Assembly: GCA_031459385.1 (NCBI GenBank)
Contig: JAVKIP010000018.1
Location: forward strand, 45,590 to 69,650
Reading direction: 5' to 3'
From: Candidatus Fervidifonticultor secundus
GTDB lineage: Bacteria; Sysuimicrobiota; Sysuimicrobiia; Sysuimicrobiales; Humicultoraceae
DNA: 24,061 nt
Shown here: positions 1 through 8,918 of the stretch, piece by piece
Numbering within the stretch: the first letter of the stretch is position 1
How the letters are laid out: each line of letters starts with the position of its first letter
Program-made: the position numbers and the translations under genes
Notes under the pieces: model-generated
The model's input: the letters and a program-made list of their open reading frames with translations, nothing else
The model's database searches: none
Told to the model about the DNA's origin: nothing

Positions 1-47
1 GGGGGGGGGGGGGGGGGGGGGGGGCGGCGGGGCGCCCCGCCCCCGCC

Positions 48-1322
48 CGGTTCTGGGAGCTCGGGGAGCCGGCCGCAATGATCTTCGACGAGGTCTACTA
101 CGTACCCGCGGCCCGGCAGGTGCTGGCGGGCCGCGAGGTCACCGAGGAGCGCACCCACCCGCCGCTGTCCAAGCTGATCATTGCGGCCTCGATACGCGTC
201 GCAGGCGACCGCCCTGCCGGGTGGCGGCTGGCCAGCGCCGCGGCGGGTGCGTTGCTCGTGGCCGTGGTGTACGCGTTCGCGCGCGCGCTCTATGCCGACC
301 CGCTGGTCGCCGCCGCCGGTGCCCTCCTGGCGGCGCTCGACGGGCTGGTCTTCGTGGAGAGCCGGATCGCCAAGCCCGATGTGTTCCTGGCGCTGTTCGT
401 CCTGGTCGCCTATTGGGCGTTCTGGCGCTATCTGGGGGTGAACGGGGAACCCGCGCCGGGAACCGGGGGTGGGTCCACGCCGGACGCCGTGGCTGGCGCC
501 GCGGCGGAACCCGGGGCGGGGGTCGCGGCGGCACCGGCACACGTGCCCGCGCCTGGCCGTGGGAGCCGTGCGTGGCTGCTCCTGGCCGGCGCGGCGGCCG
601 GCTGCGCCGTGGCCACGAAGTGGACCGCGATCCCCCCGCTCGCCGGGCTCGCGGCGGTGTTCGGGCTCGCCCACGGCCGGCGCGTGCTGGCGGCGGCGCG
701 TCGCGACGCGTGGGCGCTCGTGGGTGCCCTGGCCGTGGTGCCGGTGGGCATCTACCTGCTGGCGTACGTGCCGTACCTCCGACTCGGGCACACCCTGGGC
801 GAGGTGATCGGCCTGCAGCGCTGGATGCTGACCTTCCACGCGAGCCTGACCCAGAGCCATCCGTACCAGTCGGCCTGGTGGTCGTGGCCGCTGCTGCTGC
901 GGCCCATCTGGTACGAGTACCGCGAGGTGGCCCCCCAGGTCGTGCGCGGCATTCTCGCCATCGGCAATCCGGTGATCTGGTGGGCAGCGCTGCCGGCCGG
1001 CGTGGCGGCGGCCGTCGTGGCCGCGCGATCCCGGAGCCTGCCCGACGCTGTGCTGCTGGCCGCCTTCGCCCTCGCCTACGGCCAGTACGCGTTCATCTCG
1101 CGCGTGCTGTTCCTCTACCACTTCCTCCTGGCCTTGCCGTTCCTGCTCGTGGCCCTGGCGCGAGGGCTCGGCCGCGTACGCACGGCCGCCGGCGACGGCC
1201 CCGTCCTGGTGTACCTGGTGCTCGCCGCGGCGTGGTTCGTGGCGTTCCTCCCCCTGCTGGCGGGCCGGCCGATCGCAGTGTCGCACTACCAGCGGCTGAT
1301 ATGGTTCGGCACGTGGATCTAG
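48..1322 (+). CDS. pmt: Protein O-mannosyltransferase (Pmt, GT39 / PMT + PMT_4TMC-like); 5' end lost in low-quality sequence at the window edge
   Basis: The frame reads RFWELGEPAAMIFDEVYY from 48, so the ATG at 78 is probably internal. Motifs: catalytic DE, HPPLSKL, ESRIAKPDVF, ATKW, HASLTQSHPYQSAWWSWPLLLRPIWY, GNPVIWWA, RVLFLYH. Many TM segments. Confidence 0.85.
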   Translation, partial: RFWELGEPAAMIFDEVYYVPAARQVLAGREVTEERTHPPLSKLIIAASIRVAGDRPAGWRLASAAAGALLVAVVYAFARALYADPLVAAAGALLAALDGLVFVESRIAKPDVFLALFVLVAYWAFWRYLGVNGEPAPGTGGGSTPDAVAGAAAEPGAGVAAAPAHVPAPGRGSRAWLLLAGAAAGCAVATKWTAIPPLAGLAAVFGLAHGRRVLAAARRDAWALVGALAVVPVGIYLLAYVPYLRLGHTLGEVIGLQRWMLTFHASLTQSHPYQSAWWSWPLLLRPIWYEYREVAPQVVRGILAIGNPVIWWAALPAGVAAAVVAARSRSLPDAVLLAAFALAYGQYAFISRVLFLYHFLLALPFLLVALARGLGRVRTAAGDGPVLVYLVLAAAWFVAFLPLLAGRPIAVSHYQRLIWFGTWI

Positions 1323-2038
1323 GCGGTCTGAGCGTGGTCCTGCCGGCCTTCAACGAGGCCGGCAACCTGGAGGCCACCGTGCGCGAGCTGGCCCCGGAGG
1401 TCGCGGCCGCAGCCGCGGACGTCGAAATCGTGGTCGTAGACGACGGGAGCACCGACGCCACCGCGGCCGTGGCGGAGCGCCTGGCGGCAGAGCTGCCGGT
1501 GCGCGTGCTGCGCCACGACCGCAATCGCGGGTATGGCGCGGCGCTGCGGACGGGCTTCGGCGCCGCGCGGCACCCGTGGATCCTGCTGCTCGACGCCGAC
1601 GGCCAGTTCCTCCCGGCCGAGCTCGACCGCTTCCTTCCGCTGGCCCGCGAGGCCGATCTCGTCATCGGCTACCGCGTGCGCCGCGCCGATCCCCGCCATC
1701 GCGGGTCGTTGGCGGCGGTGTGGAGGTGGCTGATGCGCGCGCTGCTGGACGTGCAGGTGCGGGACGTGGATTGCGCGTTCAAGCTCATGCGCACTGCAGT
1801 GGTGCAGGCCCTGGCGCTGGAGTCAGCGGGCGCGTTCATCAGCGCGGAACTGCTCGGGAAGGCGCGGCGGTACGGCGCGCGCATCGCCGAGGTGCCGGTC
1901 TCCCACCGGCCGCGACGTCACGGCCGGCAGACGGGCGGCAGCCTGCGCGTCCTCCTCAGGGCGTTTTACGAGCTGGCGCGCCTGTGGTGGCGGGTACGGC
2001 GCTTCTCACCGGACGCCGCGACAGGTCCCACAGGATAA
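1301..2038 (+). CDS. GT2 glycosyltransferase, polyprenol-phosphate mannose (hexose) synthase-like (DPM1/Ppm1 type)
   Basis: C-terminal part of ORF 221..2038: SVVLPAFNE, VVVDDGSTD, NRGYGAALRTG, DADGQ (DxD), DVDCAFKL. Start is ATG 1301 or GTG 1313, overlapping the pmt stop. Confidence 0.85.
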   Translation: MVRHVDLGGLSVVLPAFNEAGNLEATVRELAPEVAAAAADVEIVVVDDGSTDATAAVAERLAAELPVRVLRHDRNRGYGAALRTGFGAARHPWILLLDADGQFLPAELDRFLPLAREADLVIGYRVRRADPRHRGSLAAVWRWLMRALLDVQVRDVDCAFKLMRTAVVQALALESAGAFISAELLGKARRYGARIAEVPVSHRPRRHGRQTGGSLRVLLRAFYELARLWWRVRRFSPDAATGPTG

Positions 2039-3230
2039 CCAGCCCCCAGGCCAGCGCGACGACGGTCACCACGCCCAGCGCGCGGGTCACCGGCGCCGCG
2101 AACAGCGTCTCCTCGACCCAGGCCGGGAGGCGCAGCGTGTGGAGGTGCGGTCGGGTGTAGGCGTAGAGCACGTTGAGCGCGAACACGCCCGAGGCGCCAC
2201 CATATAGCCACCAGAAGCGGCGATCCACGGTGCCCGCGACCGCCAGCACCGGCAGGGCCGGCAGCAGATAGCGCTCGTGGACGCGGGTGGGCAGCGCGAA
2301 CGCCGCCAGCAGGACGACGGCGGCCGCGGGCAACAGGCTACGACGTGCGTCCGCGCGCCACGCAAATCCTGCCACGCCTGCGGCGGCCAGGCCGCTGAGG
2401 GCCAGCCCCCAGATAGCGACGGGGAGCCCGGCCCAGCGCGCGGCGTCCGTGACCCAGAAGCCCTGCACCGCGCCCCAGAGATTGAACGCCATCACGCTCC
2501 CGTACGGGTAGATGCCGGCAGCATGCTGCAGCAGCCGTGCCAGGCCGACGAGGGTCAGGCCGAAGGGCCAGGCCAGCAGCGCCACGACCGCCAGGGGGAC
2601 CACGGCCGCCAGCCCCAGGAGCCGCCAGCGCCGCCAGGGATCGGCCGCAGCGATCTGCAGCAGGGCCAGCCCGGCCGGCAGGAGCGCCGGCGCCGTTTGC
2701 GGCTTGACGAGCGAGGCCACGCCGAGCAGGACCGCACCCGTGACAGGAGCCGGGTGCATCCGGGCCAGGACCCACAGCCCGGCCAGCATGAGGGCCGCGC
2801 CCACGGCATCCACCTGCCCCCACACCGCGCTGACGAAGATCGGGCCGGGGTTGAACAGGTAGGTGGCGGATGCGCGCAGCGCCGCGGTTTCGCCGGCGCG
2901 CGCCCCCATGCGGAATATGAGCCATGCCGTGACGATATCGGCCAGGACCGCCGGTGCCTTCAGCGCCACGAGCCAGGCGACCTCGTTGAATCGGAGCAGC
3001 CCGTCGAGCTCGCCGATGAGCCACAGCACGTAGAGATACCCCGGCAGGTAGTCGGCGAAGCCGGAGGCGTAGAACGCGGCCGGCCCGCCGCCTGCCAGCG
3101 CCAGCGCCCACGCCTTGAACGATGCGATGTCCGACGGATAGCCGCCGTGCGGCATCAGCACCAGGCGCAGCGCCAAACCCGCTGCCGCCAGGTTCCACCA
3201 CTGCCGGGACGTGCGCGTTGAGGTCTCCAT
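1956..3230 (-). CDS. GT-C fold multi-pass membrane glycosyltransferase (lipid-carrier dependent, putative mannosyltransferase)
   Basis: Polytopic protein with SDIASFKAW, FYASGFADYLPGYLY, LFNPGPIFVSAVWGQVD, VKPQ, AFNLW and HERYLLP motifs. Likely start METSTRT at ATG 3230. The 3' end overlaps the convergent GT2 by 83 nt. Confidence 0.7.
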   Translation of the reverse strand: METSTRTSRQWWNLAAAGLALRLVLMPHGGYPSDIASFKAWALALAGGGPAAFYASGFADYLPGYLYVLWLIGELDGLLRFNEVAWLVALKAPAVLADIVTAWLIFRMGARAGETAALRASATYLFNPGPIFVSAVWGQVDAVGAALMLAGLWVLARMHPAPVTGAVLLGVASLVKPQTAPALLPAGLALLQIAAADPWRRWRLLGLAAVVPLAVVALLAWPFGLTLVGLARLLQHAAGIYPYGSVMAFNLWGAVQGFWVTDAARWAGLPVAIWGLALSGLAAAGVAGFAWRADARRSLLPAAAVVLLAAFALPTRVHERYLLPALPVLAVAGTVDRRFWWLYGGASGVFALNVLYAYTRPHLHTLRLPAWVEETLFAAPVTRALGVVTVVALAWGLVILWDLSRRPVRSAVPATTGAPARKTP

Positions 3231-3412
3231 TCGTGTGCGCCAGGCGTCCGGACCCCCACCCCTGCCTGTCGCGGGCGCAACCGTCCACCCCCCTGCGCCG
3301 GGCGCGCTCTGGAGGTACGGGCGCACCGGAGGCTTCGCGACGGCCGGGCGTGAAGCCCTGCGTCCCCCGCACGTCGCGGGAGAAGGCGCCGATGACCGGG
3401 GTGGGGGAGATC

Positions 3413-3901
3413 ATGGGCAGCCGATGGCATGGGCAGGCGGGACTGACGCTGCTCGAGGTGTTGGTGGCCGCGGCGGTGTTCGCGGTCGTGGCCGCTGCCG
3501 CCACGCGGACGATGGGGCTGCTGCTCCGGGTGGCGGCCGATCAGGGGCGCCGGGCCGTTGCAGCGGCACTGGCCACGCAGAAACTCGAAGAGGTGCGGGC
3601 GCGCCCCGAGGCGCAGGTTACGGCGGCCGCGCGGAAGCAGGGGTTCGACTGCCTCCGCGCCGAGGGCCCACAGGCGCTTGCCGGGCCGTACACCGGCTAC
3701 GCGTACACCGTGACGATCGCGGGGGTGCAGGTGGATCCGGCCGCCACGGCGCCGTCCTGGCTCCACCCGGCCGCTGCGGCTCCCTGCCGGCCGCCCCCAG
3801 GGGCCCACGGCGACCTCCTCCAGTGGATCAGTGTCCGCGTGACGTTCCGCGGACGGGTGCTGGCACAGGTGACGTCGGCAACGCTGCGCGAGGTGCGCTG
3901 A
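3413..3901 (+). CDS. Minor type IV pilin, PilV/GspI-like
   Basis: Class III signal MGSRWHGQAG|LTLLEVLVA with E5, then ALATQKLEEVR and a C-terminal beta strand (ISVRVTF). Two Cys. Alternative ATG at 3392. Confidence 0.8.
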   Translation: MGSRWHGQAGLTLLEVLVAAAVFAVVAAAATRTMGLLLRVAADQGRRAVAAALATQKLEEVRARPEAQVTAAARKQGFDCLRAEGPQALAGPYTGYAYTVTIAGVQVDPAATAPSWLHPAAAAPCRPPPGAHGDLLQWISVRVTFRGRVLAQVTSATLREVR

Positions 3902-3945
3902 GGCGGGATGCGCGGCGGGATGTGGGACGCGCGGAGGCAGCAGGC

Positions 3946-5958
3946 ATGAGGGACACCCGTCGTGCCGCCGGCACGGTAGACCCCGGAGCGAGGGGAGCGG
4001 CGCTCGTCGGCGTCGTCGTGACGACGGTCGTCATCTCGGTAGTCGTCATGGCACTGGTCGCCGCCACGATGGGCGAGGCGACCATGGCCGCGGACCACCT
4101 GCACGGGCAACAGGCGCTGGCAGCAGCCGAGGCCGGCGCCTGGCGGGCCCTGGCCGAACTGCGGCGCCGCGTGCGCGTCGACCTGCCGCTGCGGCTGCGC
4201 CCGGAGGATGTGTCCGTGGCCCGCGCCATCTGCCGCTCGGCTGGTGGCCCGCCAGGGGGCTCGCCTGCGCCGGTAGACCTGATCGTCCGGTTCGCGGTGC
4301 CTGCGGATCGGGTCGACACCGACTGGACGCGCACAGGTGACACCGCGTACCTCTCCGTCGGGACGGCCGATCACCCGATCCGCGTTCTCGCCGGCGCTTC
4401 GGGGGAGGGGGTGACCGAGTTCTACGCGACCGTGGCGGTGCGCTGGTCGCAACGTCCGGCGACGTGCCGGGCGGCCTCGTCGCAAGGCGACCTTGAGCGC
4501 TACGTGGTCTGGTTCGATCACGCCGTGGTGGCCGTCGGCCGCGCCGGCGCGGCGCGCCGGGTGGTCTGCCTGCGCAGCGAAGGCGCCGATGCCTGCGCCC
4601 GGTGGTTCCCCCAGATTGCGCCCTCCTGGCAAGGGAGTCACGTGCGCACCGGGGGCGGCCTCGGTGGCTGGCCGGTGGTGGTCGCCGAGGTGCCGCCGAC
4701 CGCGCGGGCCCTGTTGGTGCTCGGCGAGAGCCCCGTGTGGCTGGCATCCGGGGCGCGCATCGAGGGGAGCATCCACGCCAACCGCGACCTCGGCGTGGCC
4801 GGCACGCCGGAGTTCTCGGGGCCCGTCACCCAGGCGGCTGCCGCCATGCGCTTCTACGCATGCGGCTGGCCGCGCAGCCTGGAGATCCCCGATGACGGCG
4901 CGGCCGACAGCTTGGTCGTGCCGGGGTGCGACCTGCCGCGGTTCGCCGCCTCGGTGCGCGGCGGCAACCAGGGGGTCGCGGTCGCTGCGGATCCGACCGG
5001 CCTGCCCGGCGCGACCAACCCAGCGCGGGCTGCTCTCGGCCTCCAGCCGGCAGACGGCCCCGACCCCGGTGACCAGGAGATCCGGATGGCCACGACCGAC
5101 CTGCCCGACGGGAGCGCGCCGGTGCCGGCCGGCCTCTACGTCGCAAATCAGTGCGGACCGCAGGGAGGCGGCTGCGGCGGTGTCTATATCGCGGGCACCG
5201 TGCGCCGCATGCGGCTGGCCGTCGAGGACGACGTGCAGGTGCTCTATGTCACGGTGGAGGCGGCAGACGGTCAGCCGGCCGCGGAGGTGCGCGTCACCGT
5301 CGATCCCCGGACGCGGGCGATCCAGGTCGCCGACCCCGGCGGCGCCGTGCGCGCGTATCCGGCGGGCACGTTCAACGGCCTCGTCTACGTCGCCGGAGCC
5401 ATCGTGGCCCCGTACGACCCCGGGCAGGACGGTGCGCTCGACGACCCCGATGTCGGCCTCCGCGGTGTCCTGCACCCGCAGTTGCACCTGACCATCGCGG
5501 CCTCCGGCGGGATCGCCATCGCCGACCACCTGGTCTACCAGGTCACCGCGGCCGACGCCGGCCAGGCATCGCGCGGCCTGCTGGGGCTGTACACGCGCAC
5601 GGGCGACGTCACCATCGCGGGCCCGCTGGCCCCACGCGACCTCTTCATCGACGCGGCCATCCTGGTTCCCCAGGGACGCCTCTGGGTCGAGCACTGGGAC
5701 CGCCTGCCGGAGAAGGGCGCGGCCTCGGTGCTCGGCGCGGTGGTGCAACGGACGCTCGGGCCGCTGGGGGGGTTCGACCCGCTTACCGGCTACAACCGCG
5801 TGGTGAGGTACGACGGCGCGCTGCGGATCGTGCTGCCGCCGTTCTTCCCCCGGACCGGCATGACCGTGGTCACGGCAGCCGACGACGGCGACCCCGCATT
5901 CTCCGGCGGCGATCCCCTTTACGGCCGACCGTTTTGGGAGGAGCTGGTGGCGCGGTGA
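3946..5958 (+). CDS. Large PilX/GspK-like minor pilin (about 670 aa) with a big C-terminal domain (DUF4900-like by recollection)
   Basis: GGAGG SD at 3933-3937 and ATG at 3946. ARG|AALV hydrophobic helix without E5, and QALAAAEAG (PilX_N signature). C-terminal GSIHAN..GTPEFSGPVT, GLLGLYT..GDV, GYNR..YD..LPPFFP. Eight Cys. Confidence 0.75.
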   Translation: MRDTRRAAGTVDPGARGAALVGVVVTTVVISVVVMALVAATMGEATMAADHLHGQQALAAAEAGAWRALAELRRRVRVDLPLRLRPEDVSVARAICRSAGGPPGGSPAPVDLIVRFAVPADRVDTDWTRTGDTAYLSVGTADHPIRVLAGASGEGVTEFYATVAVRWSQRPATCRAASSQGDLERYVVWFDHAVVAVGRAGAARRVVCLRSEGADACARWFPQIAPSWQGSHVRTGGGLGGWPVVVAEVPPTARALLVLGESPVWLASGARIEGSIHANRDLGVAGTPEFSGPVTQAAAAMRFYACGWPRSLEIPDDGAADSLVVPGCDLPRFAASVRGGNQGVAVAADPTGLPGATNPARAALGLQPADGPDPGDQEIRMATTDLPDGSAPVPAGLYVANQCGPQGGGCGGVYIAGTVRRMRLAVEDDVQVLYVTVEAADGQPAAEVRVTVDPRTRAIQVADPGGAVRAYPAGTFNGLVYVAGAIVAPYDPGQDGALDDPDVGLRGVLHPQLHLTIAASGGIAIADHLVYQVTAADAGQASRGLLGLYTRTGDVTIAGPLAPRDLFIDAAILVPQGRLWVEHWDRLPEKGAASVLGAVVQRTLGPLGGFDPLTGYNRVVRYDGALRIVLPPFFPRTGMTVVTAADDGDPAFSGGDPLYGRPFWEELVAR

Positions 5959-6473
5959 GTTCCTCCCTCCGTCCTGCGGCCGGGCGCGGCTTCAGCACCG
6001 CGGAGGTACTGGCGGCCGTGATTCTCAGCGGCGTGGTGGTCGGGGCGGCCGCGGGCGGCGCGGCGGTGCTCGCGTCGCGACGCCTCGCCGGGGCCGCGCG
6101 CGTGGTGGCCGCCGACCTGCGGGTCCTCGGCCACCGTGCCAGCGCGGAGCGCACCTGCTATCGTGTCGTGTTCGAGCCGGCCCGCGAGACCTACACGATC
6201 GCGCGCTTCGCCGGCGCCGTGGCGAACGGTTCCCCTCACTGTAGCGGCGGGCCATGGGAGGGACCCCTGTTTGCGGAGGCGGCGGCTGGCGGCGCCAGCA
6301 GGCGCCTGCCCGCAGGGGTGGACCTCCGGGATACGTCGTTCCCCTCCGAGACCGTGACGTTCAGTCCGCTCGGCAATCCGACCGCCGGCACCGTCGTGCT
6401 TGGGGCGATGCTGGGCCGGGAGCGCCGCGTGACGGTGGAGGTGACGGGATACGTGCGTCTATCCGGCCCCTAG
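5955..6473 (+). CDS. Minor pilin, FimU/FimT/GspH-like
   Basis: GTG start overlapping the upstream TGA (GTGA). RG|FSTAEVL with E5, AARVVAADLR, and C-terminal TVTFSPLGNPTAGTVVL...RRVTVEVTGYVRL, typical of GspH/FimT. Confidence 0.75.
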   Translation: MSSSLRPAAGRGFSTAEVLAAVILSGVVVGAAAGGAAVLASRRLAGAARVVAADLRVLGHRASAERTCYRVVFEPARETYTIARFAGAVANGSPHCSGGPWEGPLFAEAAAGGASRRLPAGVDLRDTSFPSETVTFSPLGNPTAGTVVLGAMLGRERRVTVEVTGYVRLSGP

Positions 6474-6525
6474 TTGGGCATCTTGACTGGCAGTGAGGTA
6501 CCGTGACCCCCCGCCGGCCGCACCC

Positions 6526-6557
6526 ACCGGCAGGGGTTTGTGCCTCCGGCTGCGAAG
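6526..6557 (+). promoter_or_regulatory. SigH-like promoter upstream of pilM
   Basis: ACCGGCAGGGGTT (6526-6538) and GCGAAG (6552-6557). The first 13 nt are 12/13 identical to the copy at 11774. Confidence 0.55.
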
Positions 6558-6569
6558 AGAAAGCAAAGG

Positions 6570-6620
6570 GGCAGGCGGGCTTTGCCGGGGTCTCCTGCCG
6601 GACGACTCCACCTGAGGGGG
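6570..6620 (+). promoter_or_regulatory. pilM leader hairpin (UUGCCGG loop), GGACGA box and AGGGGG SD
   Basis: GGCAGG c GGGCU-UUGCCGG-GGUCU CCUGCC (6570-6599). Paralogous to the leader at 11816-11872. Confidence 0.5.
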
Positions 6621-6634
6621 TGAAGTTGACGCCG

Positions 6635-7723
6635 ATGGGCCTCTTCTCGTCCGGCGCCCAGGCATACGTGGGTATCGACGCAGGCAGCGATACCCTGAAA
6701 GTGGTGGAACTGCAGGGCGCGTACCGGTCCGGGTTCCGCCTCCTCCGGATGGACAGCGCCCCCTGTCCGCCCGGGGTCATCCGCGACGGCGTTCCGGTCG
6801 CTCCCGAGGAACTGGGCAGTCACCTCCGCGCGCTGCTCGACCGTGCCGGCATCCGGACGGATCGGGCCATCATGGGCGTGGGGGGCCAGGCGGTCACGGT
6901 GCGAGAGGTACGGGTCCCGCCCATGACCCGCCAGGAACTGACCGCGGCGGTGCGCTACGAGGCCGAACGCTACCTGCCCTACAACATCCGTGAGGTCTAC
7001 ATGGACTACCAGGTGCTGGGCGAGGCTACCGAGGACGGCCGCAAGATGCTCGACGTGCTCGTCGTCGCCGCCCGGCAGGACGTCGTCGACCACATCGTCG
7101 CCACGGCCGACGCGGCACGGGTCCAGCTCAAGGTGCTCGACGTCGAGTCGTTCGCCCTGCTGCGCTCGGTGGTGCCGGGCGGCGGGCAGGGGGGGCAGAC
7201 GGTGGCGGTCGTCGACCTGGGAGCCGAAGCCTCGGACATCCTGATCACGGAGGGGACCCGCCTGCGGTTCACCCGCAACATCCCCATCGGTGGCATCGCC
7301 CTCGTCACCGCCATCCGCGAGGCGATGGACGTGGATGTCGCCACGGCCCGGAGCCTGCTGGAAGAGAAGGGCGAGGTGCTCGAGGAAGGCGCCACGGCCG
7401 ACCACACCGCCGAACGCCTCCACGACGTCATCGCGCCGCACATCGGCGATCTCATCACCGAGATCCGCCGGTCGCTCGACTACTACCAGACCCGATCGCG
7501 CACAGCCGTCATCAACCAGATCTTGCTCGCCGGCGGGCTGGCGCGCCTGCGGCACCTAGACAAGGCCATCGCCGGCGAACTCGGCATCTCCACGGTGGTC
7601 GCGTCGCCCTTCGTCAACGTGAAGGTGAATCCGGCGGCGATCCCGCCGGAGCGGATGGAGGCGGTGGGCTCCACCATGGCGGTGGCGGTCGGCCTGGCGA
7701 TGCGCGGAGGTGACGTCGCGTGA
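6635..7723 (+). CDS. pilM: Type IV pilus assembly protein PilM (actin-like)
   Basis: VGIDAGSDTLKVVEL, YEAERYLPY, VVDLGA, RNIPIGG, EIRRSLDYY, LLAGGLA, AVAVGLAMR. Start is ATG 6635 or TTG 6626. Confidence 0.95.
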   Translation: MGLFSSGAQAYVGIDAGSDTLKVVELQGAYRSGFRLLRMDSAPCPPGVIRDGVPVAPEELGSHLRALLDRAGIRTDRAIMGVGGQAVTVREVRVPPMTRQELTAAVRYEAERYLPYNIREVYMDYQVLGEATEDGRKMLDVLVVAARQDVVDHIVATADAARVQLKVLDVESFALLRSVVPGGGQGGQTVAVVDLGAEASDILITEGTRLRFTRNIPIGGIALVTAIREAMDVDVATARSLLEEKGEVLEEGATADHTAERLHDVIAPHIGDLITEIRRSLDYYQTRSRTAVINQILLAGGLARLRHLDKAIAGELGISTVVASPFVNVKVNPAAIPPERMEAVGSTMAVAVGLAMRGGDVA

Positions 7724-8283
7724 TCCGCATCAACCTCCTTCCCCGAGCCCCCCGGCGCCGGTTTCCCGCACGCCAGCTCATTGAGCTGGTCGTGCCGCTG
7801 GCGACGCTGGTGGTGGTCGTCATCTGGGCGCTCAGGCTCGGCGGCGCCGTGAACGACCGGCGCACGCGCATCGCCGCCGCCGAGCAAGAGATCGCCGCGC
7901 TGCGGCCGACGGTGCAACGCGTCGAGGAGCTGGACCGGCAGATCGCGGCGCTGCGCGTCAAACAGGGGCTCCTGCAGGATCTGCTCAAGCAGCAGCTCCC
8001 GGCGGCGTCGGTGCTCAACGACGTGCGGCTGCTGATCCCCAGGGACGTCTGGCTCACGTCCCTGTCGGTGCCCGAGGAGGGCACGCTGAACATCGAGGGC
8101 CTGGGCCTGAGCTACTATGCCATCGCCCAGCTGATGGACAACCTGGGCACGGGCCCGCTGTTCCGCTCGGTGGACCTGACCGTGGTGCAGCTGGAGAAGG
8201 TCGGCGTGCGGGAGGTCGTGCGGTTCCAGGTGAACGCCCGGGTGTTGAAGCCGGAGGCGTCGGCGGAAGGGGTGCGCCAGTGA
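7720..8283 (+). CDS. pilN: Type IV pilus assembly protein PilN
   Basis: N-terminal MIRINLLP motif, single TM, coiled coil, PRDVWLTSL. GTGA overlap with pilM. Confidence 0.93.
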   Translation: MIRINLLPRAPRRRFPARQLIELVVPLATLVVVVIWALRLGGAVNDRRTRIAAAEQEIAALRPTVQRVEELDRQIAALRVKQGLLQDLLKQQLPAASVLNDVRLLIPRDVWLTSLSVPEEGTLNIEGLGLSYYAIAQLMDNLGTGPLFRSVDLTVVQLEKVGVREVVRFQVNARVLKPEASAEGVRQ

Positions 8284-8900
8284 GAGGCCTGAGCGCGCGC
8301 GAGCGCATTCTCGTCGCCCTGGTCATCGCGGCCGTCATCGGGGTGGCCTTCTATCTGGTCGTCTATGTGCCGCAGACCGACCAGCTGGCCCGGCTGGATC
8401 GCGAACTGGCCAGCAAGACGCAAGAGCTCGGCCGACTCAAGGCCCTGGCCGCCACGCGCGAGGCCAAGGAGCGCGAGTACGGGGCGCTGGTGGACCAGAT
8501 TCGCCTGGTCGAGATGCGGCTGCCGCCCGAGCGCGAGATCCCCAACCTGATTCGGGCGCTGCAGGACGTCGCCCGGGAGATCGGCATCAAGCTGACGCTA
8601 CTCCGGCCCGGCCCCACGCAGGCGCCGACCGCCGGCGCGCGGCCGCCCGCGACCGCACAGCCGCCGGCGGGCCAGCAGCCCCAGGCGCAGCCACCGTACC
8701 GGCTGTTCCGCCTCGACCTGGGCTTCGAGGGCACGTACCGCGATCTCATCGCGTACATGGGGCGGCTGGAGAACTTCCCGCGCTTCCTCGTCCTGCGGCA
8801 GATCTCGCTGGCGCCCACCACTGAGCTGCCGCGCCTCCGGGTCACGGTCCAGGCCAACACGTTCGTGCTGCCGCGGGAGCAGCCGCCAGCCCAGCCCTGA
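8280..8900 (+). CDS. pilO: Type IV pilus assembly protein PilO
   Basis: LSARERIL + TM + coiled coil, LPPEREIPNLI, FEGTYRDLIAYMGRLENFPRF. Follows pilN with a GTGA overlap. Confidence 0.92.
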   Translation: MRGLSARERILVALVIAAVIGVAFYLVVYVPQTDQLARLDRELASKTQELGRLKALAATREAKEREYGALVDQIRLVEMRLPPEREIPNLIRALQDVAREIGIKLTLLRPGPTQAPTAGARPPATAQPPAGQQPQAQPPYRLFRLDLGFEGTYRDLIAYMGRLENFPRFLVLRQISLAPTTELPRLRVTVQANTFVLPREQPPAQP

Positions 8901-8918
8901 GCCGGGGGCGCCGCCCCG

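Noticed and set aside
1..47. Poly-G run and A/T-free stretch (possible G-quadruplex or phase-variable tract in pmt)
   Set aside because: At the sequence edge, replacing the expected pmt N-terminus; most likely a sequencing or assembly artefact.
432..566. Gly/Ala/Pro-rich insert in Pmt as an intein or mobile insert
   Set aside because: About 45 aa of in-frame low-complexity loop with no intein or terminal-repeat signatures.
221..1300. N-terminal 360 aa of ORF 221..2038, and similar long extensions of ORFs starting at 3122, 3211, 5151, 16565, 17537, 18532 and 22590
   Set aside because: Arg/Gly/Pro-rich off-frame read-through of real upstream genes in high-GC DNA; true starts are given in features.
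6483..6511. TTGACT as a SigA -35 before pilM
   Set aside because: No -10 hexamer at 16-18 nt spacing.
6592..6601. CCGGCAGGAG on the minus strand as an antisense SigH-like promoter
   Set aside because: No GAA element 21-22 nt downstream; better explained as the 3' arm of the leader hairpin.
6520..6634. c-di-GMP-I/II riboswitch in the pilM leader (GCAAAG, GAAA present)
   Set aside because: The ordered GEMM elements (GGCAAACC, GNRA-capped P2, receptor, P3) are not found by eye; an Infernal search would settle it.
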